The translations under genes were made by a program, and so were the position numbers. From Felis catus (Eukaryota): a stretch of DNA of 64,000 nucleotides. This document shows, one piece after another, positions 38,190 to 48,263 of the stretch. The notes under the pieces were generated by a model. It was given only the letters and a program-made list of their open reading frames with translations, did not search any database and had not been told where the DNA came from. The first letter of the stretch is position 1. Every line of letters begins with the position of its first letter. The stretch covers positions 142,662,001-142,726,000 of the forward strand of contig NC_058373.1 in NCBI RefSeq assembly GCF_018350175.1, given 5' to 3'.

Positions 38190-38500
38190 CCAGGGGCCTG
38201 GAAGGCCCGGATGTGGCCTTTGGTGACAGAGTCTGGTGGCTTGGACCAGGGTGGTGGTGGTTAGGGTGGAGGTGCGGGAGAGCCATTGTTCGGGTACGAC
38301 CCCCCAGGACTTGGCGCCTGTGTGCGCATGGTCAGGGGCAGGGCTGAGGGAAGAGAGGCTAGGCCTTGGCTTGGGCAATTGCAGGGCTGTGGCAGCCCGC
38401 GAGGAGGCCTGAGGATGACACATGGAGATGAGACTACGGGGCGAGCAGGGAGAGGCCAGGGCGAGGAGGAAGAGGGAGAGAGAGGGAAGGTGTCCAGCCC
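38190..38500 (-). mobile_element. L2 fragment
   Basis: ggtggcttggaccagggtggtgg...ggcttgggcaattg...tggagatgagactac. Confidence 0.45.
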
Positions 38501-40270
38501 CAGGAAACTGTCTCGTGCCCCAAATTCCACCGTTGCTGACGCAGGAAACAGAGGGCCACTCCCTCAGTCCCAGCCAGAATCTTATTCTAGTGACACGAAT
38601 TTCTTGTCTGTTTTGAGTCTGTGGGCTTTCTGGTCAGACCTCAAATGCACCGTTGAAAGGAGGGAACCTGGGGCTCCTCAAAGCACCACTCACTGTCAGC
38701 TCTCTGGGTCATTCTGGCTGGGCGCCAGGCCTCAACAATCCGGTCCCGCTTTGCCAGCACCTTGCTATGTGACCTCGGGGACATCGCTCAGCCTCTCTGG
38801 ACCCCAGCATCAAGTTCTGTGGCCAACGGGGGGGGGGGCCCTCCAGATGGAGGGAGAGGAAGAACAAACATTTTTGTGCCGGGATCCAATTAAGGCTCAT
38901 CACGGAAGACCAGACTTGAGTTTGGGCACCAAGAAACCCCATGTGCGTTGGGCGGGGGGAGCCGGGGTCAGCCGGGGCTGGGTGTCCCCTGCCCCCCATC
39001 CCTAGCTGAAGCTTGGCTGTAAACAGCTAGGTAGGGCCTCTGGAGGCGAGGAGCGTCACCATAGGAACAGGCTCTTGGAGTGTATACACAGAGAAGCCAG
39101 GCGCTGGGGGGGGGGGGCAAGGGGGCGGGTAACAGCGGGGGTGCCGGCTGCGGTCTCCCTGCGTGCGCCTGCTCCCCACATTCACCACACCCAGTCACAG
39201 AACCCTGAGGCCCTGGTGAGGAGAGAACAAGGTGGGGACGTCGCCACAACCCCAGCTAGGACACAGGGTCGTTCCGAGGGGCCCGTGGTAACCCTGGGAG
39301 AACACTTGGTGCCTCGTTCATTTATTCATTAATTCACTTAATCCACAAACACCTCGTGGGCAGCCCTGTAGGCCCCCGGCTGAGAAAGGCGCTTCTGGCC
39401 CCGCCGAGGTCAGACACACGTGCAAAGTCCGTTAACGCCAGGCGGGAGGATGTGTCCAAGGCGGGTGGTGCTGCTGGGAGCGTCTGGGACGAGAGGCCAG
39501 AGGCTCGCTGGTCTCCAATCCCGGGCCAGGACGCACGGCAGGTGGACCGGAGGCTGTGGCCGGTGGCAGGGGAGGCCTGGGGGGAGGAGGGCAGAGAGGA
39601 GCCAACGCAGGGCCCTCTGACCTCCCACCTGCCTGTCCCGGGGCCCTGCTTGGGCACTGGGCAGGGCCTTCCCTCGCAAGCCATCCCTAAAGCTTAGGAC
39701 GTAGTAGCACGGTGAAAACATTTCTGAATATAATTGAATGAAGACACTAATGCCTTCTTACAAATAAGAGAATAAATATAGTACGGGAACATCTTAAATT
39801 CCTCGAGAGCCGTGTGTTTTCACAGCCCTAAACTTGACAGGTACATCAGGCCCAGCCAGGAGACACAGCTCTTTTCATAAGCCCTGGACATGGGGATGGG
39901 GAAGGTCATGGTCCTGTCATAGTCCCGCCATGGTCACCCTAAAAACCCCTAAGCTGGAGCTAGGATGGGGTCCTCCTTCCAGAGGCTCAGGGCTTGAGAA
40001 AAGGATTTCACCTGTTTCCTCTCCATCACGGGGCACTTTGTTGGTGCCTCTGAAGGGTTGGGCTGGCCGGGCCCTCCGGTGGAAGGGGGTAGGCAGGTGC
40101 TGCAGGGGTCGGGTGGGGGAGGGCTGGCCCAGTTACCAAGCCTCGCCGCAAGTCTGGGCAAGATGTGTTCGTGGGTCGACCCTGGTCCGAGAAAAGGGAG
40201 ACAGACTCCTGTCCCTCAGGTTGTTTGCCAGGGTAAGGGAGGCCGTCGAATATTTAAGAATAGTTAAGAG

Positions 40271-40496
40271 GGGGGCGCCTGGGTGGCTCAGTCGGTTAAG
40301 CGTCCGACTTCAGCCCGGGTCACGATCTCACAGTCCGTGAGTTCGAGCCCTGCGTCGGGCTCTGGGCTGATGGCTCGGAGCCTGGAGCCTGTTTCCGATT
40401 CTGTGTCTCCCTCTCTCTCTGCCCCTCCCCCGTTCATGCTCTGTCTCTCTCTGTCTCAAAAATAAATAAACGTTAAAAAAAATAAAAAAAAAAAAA
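40271..40496 (+). mobile_element. Young SINEC_Fc with perfect 15-bp TSD
   Basis: TSD aagaatagttaagag at 40256-40270 and 40497-40511. Confidence 0.95.
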
Positions 40497-41059
40497 AAGA
40501 ATAGTTAAGAGGGCTTTCTCTCCAAAATGCTGAAGGTTTTGTAACCCTTTCTCCAGCCTGACTCGGCCCCAGTCTCAACGAACAGCAGCACACTGGCCTC
40601 TCGCGTGTGTGCATACAGAGGTCCCGCCGTGACGACCCTGGCCAACGAACTCCTACACACCCCGGAACACCCAGTCCTGGGACCCCCACCCTCCAGGAGG
40701 CGCTCAATCTCCCTTCCCGCAGGCCTGCCCCCCTTTTCTTAGGGCCCTCCCTTGACAGGCCTCCACCTCAGAGGCCTCTAAACGTGAAGGGTCCTCGAGC
40801 CCCCGGCCCCTCGGAGGTGAGGGACCGCGCCACTCCATCGCTGAACATCCGGTCCTGCCCCACCCCCAAGCAGAGCCCCGGGCACACAGTAGGAGCTCAG
40901 CCCATTCTGAGTGGATGAAAGACAGCATTTAAAAGAAGTGAGCCTCCGTTGTATGGAAAATTAACTTCTGGGAATTTCTGACAGGCTAAGTGATGAAAAG
41001 ACTCCTTTCTCCTCTAGTTGTGATCCCCTCCCACCTAGGTGGGGTGAGTTTACCTACGA

Positions 41060-41760
41060 GGTGTGGGGGCGGGGCGGGGAGCTGTTATTAACCCTTCTGG
41101 AGACCCCCAGAGCTCTCCACCCACACAGCATGACTCAGTGGCGCCCTTTAAGAGGATAATTTGATTGAGGAGGGGACAATTAGACCCGCGAACGTGACAT
41201 CCATGTCGATTCCAACGAGGAGGGAGGCGAGAAAGAGCTATTTTTGAATGCGCCCATCCGATGGGTGGCGAGAAACGGGCTGCGGTCTTGGGGGGAGGCG
41301 CGACCCCTCGGAAGTCACGTGGCCAGGCCACCGCCTCCCCCGGGGGGACACGTGCGCCCCCAGCTCCCTCGCGCGCCCCGACGCCGCGGAGCCCGTCACG
41401 CGCCTCCCCCGGCCCCGCCACGAGGCCTGAGCAGCAGGTGCGCCTCCACCTCCACGGCCACGGTCCCCGTTCTCCGCTCGGCCGAGCGCGCAGCCACTTC
41501 AGACTGAAGAGGCTTCTCTCTGATTGAACTCGAAACCAAGCCGTCGTGCTCGTGTTCTCCAGCCTAAATGTACCCGGGTGCGCCTCTCACTTCCCTCCAC
41601 CCTCCGCCCCCGGGGCCCCCTCCCCTCCGCGGGAGAAAAGAGACTGTCTCTCTTCAACGCTGAACTCGCTCGCTTGGGGAAAGAATGCGGATCCGAGCGT
41701 GGCAGCTCCTCGGGCGTTTGCACCAAGCCCTCGAGAACCCCCCCCCCAAGGTGGCTGCTC
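41060..41760. promoter_or_regulatory. Upstream CpG-rich island, candidate enhancer or alternative promoter ~4.5 kb before DLK1
   Basis: CpG-dense non-repeat block with GC box (41066-41079), TGACTCA (41131-41137), CGGAAGT-CACGTG (41309-41321) and CACGTG (41349-41354). Confidence 0.5.
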
Positions 41761-44700
41761 GGGGCCCCCACCCCCTCCAGGGGAGGTGCCCTCGGGTGTT
41801 CCCAGTGTCCTCCCTGCCCTGCCGCTGAGCAGAGAGTGGGGCGTGGATTCCCTGCTACATGCTGGCTGCACACCTGTCTCAGAACCGGGCAGCCTCAGTG
41901 TGCTCATCTCTGAACCCCGGGCCTTGCAGGGCCCAGCCAGCCCGGCTTCAAGGAGGCCCCCGTAAGAATCCAGATCCGAGGGGACAGTCGGGAGAGGAGG
42001 AAAAGGCAGGCCCCGCCTTCTTGCCTGTAGCCCTCCCTAATTCAGGGGCTGTGGCCCAGTGGTGGGGAGATCCCTGCCCCCACTGTGTCCAAATTCCAGT
42101 TCCAGGACTCTAATCGGAAGGGCTAAAGCTCTGGACGCTGGCCCTGCCTTGTCAAATGGGCAGGCTCTTTGGGCAGGGCTACGTGTCTCAGACAGGGCGA
42201 GGGGGAAGCTGTGTCCTCTTCGGGAGGCAGGGTGGAGAACGCATGGTATTTGGGAGAGGGAGAGAGAAGAGGGAACAGAGGCACCTGGGGGTCTTTGCTG
42301 GGCCTCAGTTTCTCCGACTGCATCATGTCCCATTAGGCCCGGACCGGTGGGAATGGCAGAGACCTCCAAAAACCACAACCCAGTCTGGGCAGAAACAAAG
42401 CCTCAGGCTTTGGAGATTCTCAGCTGTAGGGGGGTGCACAGCAGATGTCAAGACGGGGTGGAGGCAGAGTCCCCCCCGCCCCCCCTCAGCTGCCTTGCCC
42501 CCACTGTGCACGCCCAGGACTAGCTGGTCTCCGAGGCCCCTCCAGCTGGACCCTGCTGGGCTTTCTTGATCAGCAATTCTGCCTTTAATCAAGTGGTCTG
42601 GTGCTGGCCGAGGGCAATGTCAGTGTTTGGAGAGGGGAGGAGGGGAGAATGGGCGGGGGACCGTCTGGAGACAACATTTCTTCGGTGGCCTCAGAAAACT
42701 TGCGCCCCTCACCAGCTCGCTTGCTGCCGGGTGGAGTAAGGCCCCGGGGAGCTGGCCTCTGGGCGGAAGGAGCAGAAGGTTCACGGGGCTGCAGGCAGAG
42801 CCAGCTTGGCAGAGGGAAGGAGGCCGGCTTGAAGTTCAGGAGTTGCGATCCGGCCCCACCCTGGGCAGGTTTGGTCCCTGATACCTGTGTACCCCGCGGG
42901 CCAAGCCACCCTCCGCAGACCAGGCGGCCAAGCATTTCCTGAGGGCGGGGGCTGCTTGCCTCCTTTGTGATCCCCTCTGTTCTTTGCGGGGGAGGGAATG
43001 ACAGGGAGGGGAAGGGTGCACAGATAAAGGAGGGAGTCGTCCTGAGTCCTCCTGCCCTCTGGGTCCGCTTGCAAACAGCAGGCGGTGCTGACTTCTCCCC
43101 GAGGGACCCGGTTGGCATTTTCATGCTCTCTGTGCACAGCCTTGAAGCTGGTGACTGTCACCAACCTCCCCTCTCCCCACTGCTCCTAAGCTACCCTTTC
43201 TCACTGTCTGCTTGCTGAAAAGAAATCTCCAGTCTCCAGAATTTACAAACACTTTAGTGAGACCCACAGAAAGCTCCAGGCTTACAGGTCTTGAACCGGC
43301 AGGAAAGACTCCTCCCAGCAGCGGCCCTGCAGGGGGCTCTAAAGAGGGCCAGATCATGAACCAGTTCCAGAAAGAACTAGCCCACTGGGGTTGAGGCCCA
43401 GAGGCAGCTGGTGGAGGAAGGCAGGAAAGGGCCAGGCCTTGTAAGTACAGTGGTTTTCTACTTAGGAAAACCCAAGTTCCCTTTGGGGACAGGTGTGGTG
43501 TCCCTGCTTATAGACAAGGAAACGGGGCTCTGAGGGGCATAGTGACTGGCCCAGGGCCCTCAGCAGTCAGGGGATGGAACGGGGATTAGCGAGCAGGTGC
43601 CAGCCAGCCAGGGAAGTGCCCTTTCAGCCTAAGCCCCTGACATTTGGGCATGAATGCCCTTGGGTGAGACTGCCCTCCCCAAGCCTCCCTCCCTTTCCAG
43701 AACTGGGGAGGGCAGCGGTGGGAGGGGACCGAGGTTGGAAAGGGAGGGGTCTAGATGACGGTGTACGTGATGGCCCCGTGGGTCCCCCACACGGTCCACA
43801 TGGCACCTTGGCACCTCGTGACTTGGTCTGGGCGGAGGCCCTCACCCCGGGGCCGCTCAACCCAGAGATCCCCCGCCCCTCCTCAGTGTCTGGCTGAGAA
43901 CCCAGCCCTTCCCAATCTGCCCGCTGTGTAGGATAATTTTGGAGGCTGAGGTCAGGGTCCTTGGAGGGAAGAAAGGAGGGGGGGGTGGTCAGGGAAGCTG
44001 GGGCCATCTCCATGCAGTGGACAGTTGAACCTCCAGGCCTGGCCTGTCCGCCACTCTCGTTGGAACCCCCGGGGCCTTGGGCAAAGGACCTTCCCTCTCA
44101 GAACTCGTTTCTTCATTTGAGAAGAATCCCTGGGAGAGACGGGGTAATGGGAAGGAAGGGGCACGGGGTGGGTGCCTGGTTGGGGGCAGCCCCCCCCCCC
44201 CGCCCTGCCCAGCCTGTCGCTCAAGTGGTTCCCAACGGCACCCCCCACCCCTACTTGTGGGTCTTCCGCAGAGAAGAGGAGAAGAGAAGGAGGAGGCACC
44301 TTCCACAAGGGTGAAGGGGCGGGGGCTTCGCTTCAGCCTCTGTGGAGTCTCCACCCTGGTCAGGTGCCCTCCGGCAGCTGCTTCCTCTGGGAGCACAGAC
44401 TCCGGGCCTTAGCGCCCCCCTGTGCCTGAGGACTCCCCGTGGCCTGTCTTCCCACACCCATCTTGAGGACGGAGAGTGTGTCCTCAAACCTGCCACCACC
44501 CCAGGAGATGGTCTGAAGGCCAAGGCCCCCCACCCTAGGACCAAAGTGGCAGAGATCACCCTCCCTCCCCACTGCGAGAAAGGGGAGGCCGTGAAATGGG
44601 TGGGCACCCACCGCCTGCACCTGGGGTCTCTGTGCAGATTAATCTATGTAAATGAAGCATAAATAAATGAACCCTCTAAAGGCCATGACCTCCTGGTACC

Positions 44701-44978
44701 CTTCCCCAAGAAGTTAAACACCTTTCATCTCCTTCTATCACCTGTCCCTCCCGCCCCCCCCCCCCCTTCTGTATTTCCACCTCCAGCGGCCTGATCAGAA
44801 TAGGGGCCTGGAACATCCACCCAGGAGAGTCTCTAAGCCCAGGCTGGGGGTTTCCCCCACCCAGCTCTTGGGAGGGGAGGATCTCTGGCAAGGTCGGCCT
44901 CCCCACCCCACAACCCCGTGACTCCTCTGGAGGCCTCCCAGTGGGTCTAGAATATGTGCCGAGTGCTCGCTGTGCAGC

Positions 44979-45004
44979 TGTGTGTGTGTGTGTGTGTGTG
45001 TGTG
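44979..45004. repeat. (TG)13 microsatellite upstream of the DLK1 promoter
   Basis: Pure tg run, followed by TG-rich low-complexity sequence to ~45700. Confidence 0.9.
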
Positions 45005-45549
45005 TCTGCGTGTGAGCGTTCTTGTGAGCTTGTCCACCTGTGTCACTGTGGGCAAAGACGGATGGGACCCGGCCAGCCTGTGTGTGTTGGGCTGGACCGC
45101 ATGTGTGTGTTTTGGTGAGCGTGCAATCACGAGCCTGTGATCCGTGGGTTTCGGGGGACTGGGCGTGCGTGCCTGTCACTCTCAGGTGTGTGGCTGTCCA
45201 CACGTGTGGGAGGTGCCCAAGGCCCTGACTGTCGGCCTGGGGGGGTTGGGGGGGGTGGTGAGCGGGTGTCCGTATGTTTGCAAGTGAATTCGCATGTTCA
45301 GGTGTGCACGTGGCTGGGCACGTGCCTCTGTGTGGCCAGGCTGGGGCACATGTTGAAGGATGCCCGGGGTTTCATAACTGTGTGTCCGCTGGCCTCTCCG
45401 CGTGCCTGTGACTGCGCATGTGGCGCCCAGGACTATTTCTACAACCTGGGTTTGCATCGCAGGGCGTGCCGGTGGTGCAGTGGGTGGGCCTGCATCTTCC
45501 TGCGTCTTTAGAGCGAGGGGCAGGGGGGTACGAGGCTTTCCATCAGTGT

Positions 45550-46900
45550 TCTCCCGAGGGCGCGTGTGTCAGGAGCGTGTCCTGCGTCCCCGGAGCGCGC
45601 ATTTGTGTCTTCCCGGCCGTGTGAGCCATGGCCTGCGTGCTCGGGACCTTGGCGATAAGTGTTTTGGTGTTTCTCTGCGTGTTTCTGTATTCCGAGCGCG
45701 TGCTGGCGTCTTCCTGGGGGCTGCGGCCCAGCCCCGGCTCCGTCCCCGCCGCTTGTCCTAAGCGGGCCCGCCTGTGCGCGCCCGCGGGCCGTCCCGTGTA
45801 CAGGACGTGTGCCCCTCGCGCGCGGGGTACCTGTGCCCGTCTAGCCAAGAGCGCTCCGCGTGCGCGAGCGGCTTTCCGGGACGCCGCAGCGGTGGGGGGC
45901 GGCCCCGCGAGGGGCGGGGGTCACCGGGACTGGCCGGCGCCGGCCCCGTGCGCGCGGAGGCGGGGGCGGGGGGCGGGGGCCGCGGGGGGGCGGCGGTACG
46001 AAAAGGGCGGCGCGCGCGGCGGCGGCGGCAGCTCGGCGGCGGCAGCGGAGAGCGCAGCGCGCAGCCCGGTGCAGCCCTGGCTTTCCCCTCGCCGCGCGCC
46101 CGCGCCCCCTTCCGCGTCCGCAACCAGAAGCCCAGCGCGGCGCCCGGAGCCGGACCCGCGCCCGCGCCGCTCCCGGGACCGCGACCCCGGCCGCCCCGCG
46201 ATGACCGCGACCGCAGCCCTCCTGCCCGTCCTCTTGCTCCTGCTGGCCTTCGGCCACAGTGTCCATGGTGAGCCCCCCACCCCCACCCCCCACGCCGCGG
46301 CGGCCCGGCTCGCGCCCCCTCCGGGGAAGCCTGCGACGCCACCCCTGCCCCCCCGGCCGCCCGGTGCCCCGCGCGCCCCGTCCCGTGCGCCCCGACTCCG
46401 GCCCGTCCCGCCTAACCCTAAGCCCCGCGCGGTGCCGCCTCGCCCTCCCCGCCAGCCTCGCATGCCAAGCCTCGCCCCGGGGTCCCGGGGGCAGGGGGAG
46501 GTGTGGGACCCCCGCCCCCCCCTCCCCCGCCGCCGCCGCAGCCCCTTCCCGCCCCGCAGAAGTGGCGCTCGCAGGGGTGTCGGTGCGCAGAGAGAGGAGG
46601 TATGGAGAAACGAGGTGATGATCGGGAGCCCTGTGTGGAAATGCTCTGGGGTGCAACTTTGGGGTGTCGCGTGCGCGTTCGGGACCAGGTCTGTGGGGAC
46701 GGCGGGCGGGGGGGGTGGCTTGGCCGTCGCAGCCCCAAATTCCCACCGAGGCGCCCGGCGCGAGCCCCTCCCGCGTGGCGTTTCTCTAGGTGAGGGGCTG
46801 CGACACTTCGGTCTGCGGCGGCCATCTGTCTCTGACAGGGAGAGAGTTGCCCCTTCCCGCAGTGCCCCCCGCCCCCACTGCACCAGTGCTCGTGGTGGGG
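45550..46900 (+). promoter_or_regulatory. DLK1 promoter CpG island with GC boxes; no canonical TATA (TACGAAAA at 45997-46004 sits in the TATA position); 5' UTR from ~46030-46050
   Basis: Extreme CpG density around exon 1. GGGGCGGGG boxes at ~45911 and 45962-45979. Sequence from ~46048 resembles the DLK1 5' UTR as recalled. Confidence 0.85.
46201..46267 (+). CDS. DLK1: DLK1 coding exon 1 (signal peptide)
   Basis: ATG at 46201 in context ccgcgATGa. Encodes MTATAALLPVLLLLLAFGHSVH(G), the DLK1 signal peptide. Ends at donor G|gtgagc (46268). Length 67 nt. Confidence 0.97.
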
Positions 46901-47561
46901 GGGCTGTCTGGAAAGCTGGGGAGCCAGACGAAGGAAATGCACACAGTAGGCGCCTACGAAAGTGTCCGGATGTCTAAACAGTGTCAGAATTGCAGAAATG
47001 TGCTTTGCAAAATCCTTGCGTCTTTTAAATATGACGAGTCTGGGGGAGGGAGATTGGGGGGATTTGACTTGCGTGCCGGGTTTAACGGGGATTAAACCTT
47101 TCACACGATCAGGATGCCTTACCTGCCGGGCTGCCAGGTAAACCTGTCTGGCCTTTTCCAAAGCCGGATGCCTCAGAATCTGCTCCCCATTTTAGCTCAC
47201 TTTGCAAAAGTGAGGGTTTGGCTGAGTGCCCAGGGGTCGAATCTCTCTACTCACTGTCTCCCCAGCCCCGCGTTTAGCGTTTGAGGTTTCATGATTTCGA
47301 GGCGGGGGAGGAATTTAGGTGTCTGACCTGCTCCTGAGAACTAGGCAGTGTCCTGTGGTCACCCTGTCACCAGGAACGTGGCAGATTTTTTTTTTTCTGA
47401 GTGGCCTGACGTGAAGCGCCTACTGTGTGCGAGGCTGGTGGGACCACAGAGGGTCTCTGGCTCCCTCCAGGGAGGCCTTGGGCTCTTTGGGCGAAGATGG
47501 GGCTTTGCCCTGGCCTCTGGGGCCTTGTGGGGTGAATGGTGTAACCTTTCTTGTGCCTCAG

Positions 47562-47625
47562 GAGCTGAGTGCTTCCCGGCCTGCCACCCCCAAAATGGGT
47601 TCTGCGAGGATGACAATGTTTGCAG
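47562..47625 (+). CDS. DLK1: DLK1 coding exon 2 (first half of EGF1)
   Basis: Acceptor ctttcttgtgcctcag|, donor AG|gtaatg. Encodes (G)AECFPACHPQNGFCEDDNVC(R). 64 nt; phase fits exon 1. Confidence 0.97.
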
Positions 47626-48132
47626 GTAATGGGGTGGCTCCCCAGAGGCAGCCTGTAGGAGGTCGGGGCAGAATCCTGGGGAATCATGGTGTCAGGCAGA
47701 AAAGGGGGGGGGCTTGGCCGCTGGGCTGCAGCAAACAGCCTCCTCGCCCCCGCAGGAAACTGGTGGGAGGGTAGCGAGGGGGAGAAGAGGGCAGAGGGCG
47801 GGAGGATGGGGAGGGGGGGACAGCCACAGCTCCTGTCTGCTGTCTCAGAAGTGGGGTGTTGGGAGAACCCCTTGCAGGGTGAGCCCACTGCAGGCCACTG
47901 CGGCAAAATGCAGCGCTCTGCCAGGCTCTTGGGGACCCCTCCGTCTGGTCCTCTGTTTAAGTTCTCCGTTCAGGTGTCTGGTGTTTGCTTCCTTCGACCC
48001 GCTGGCCTGGCACTGTGCAAAGACCCCCAAGGGATCTTGGCTCCACAGAAAGCAGCCTGGGCGCCCCCTCCACCCCTGTCCCCCTTCATATGTCCCCATC
48101 TTTCTCCTCCAAACCCCCCCCCCCCACCGCAG

Positions 48133-48263
48133 GTGCCAGCCTGGCTGGCAGGGTCCCCTGTGCGACCAGTGTGTGACCTTTCCCGGCTGCGTTAACGGAC
48201 TCTGCGTGGAACCCTGGCAGTGCGTTTGTGACGACGGCTGGAACGGGAAGCTCTGTGACATAG
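48133..48263 (+). CDS. DLK1: DLK1 coding exon 3 (end of EGF1, EGF2)
   Basis: Acceptor ccaccgcag|, donor AG|gttggc. Encodes [43 protein letters not shown]. 131 nt, in phase. Confidence 0.96.

Noticed and set aside
334-45500. Hundreds of 60-270 aa ORFs upstream
   Set aside because: Expected by chance at this GC level; many overlap SINE/LINE/LTR sequence; no coherent exon chain or known protein motif.
45628-46977. 449-aa ORF in frame with the DLK1 ATG
   Set aside because: It starts upstream of the likely TSS and runs through intron 1. It is Ala/Arg/Pro/Gly-rich because CpG-island DNA lacks stops. Only 46201-46267 is coding.
45758-47161. Overlapping 194-320 aa minus-strand ORFs
   Set aside because: Same CpG-island artefact; no domain-like sequence.
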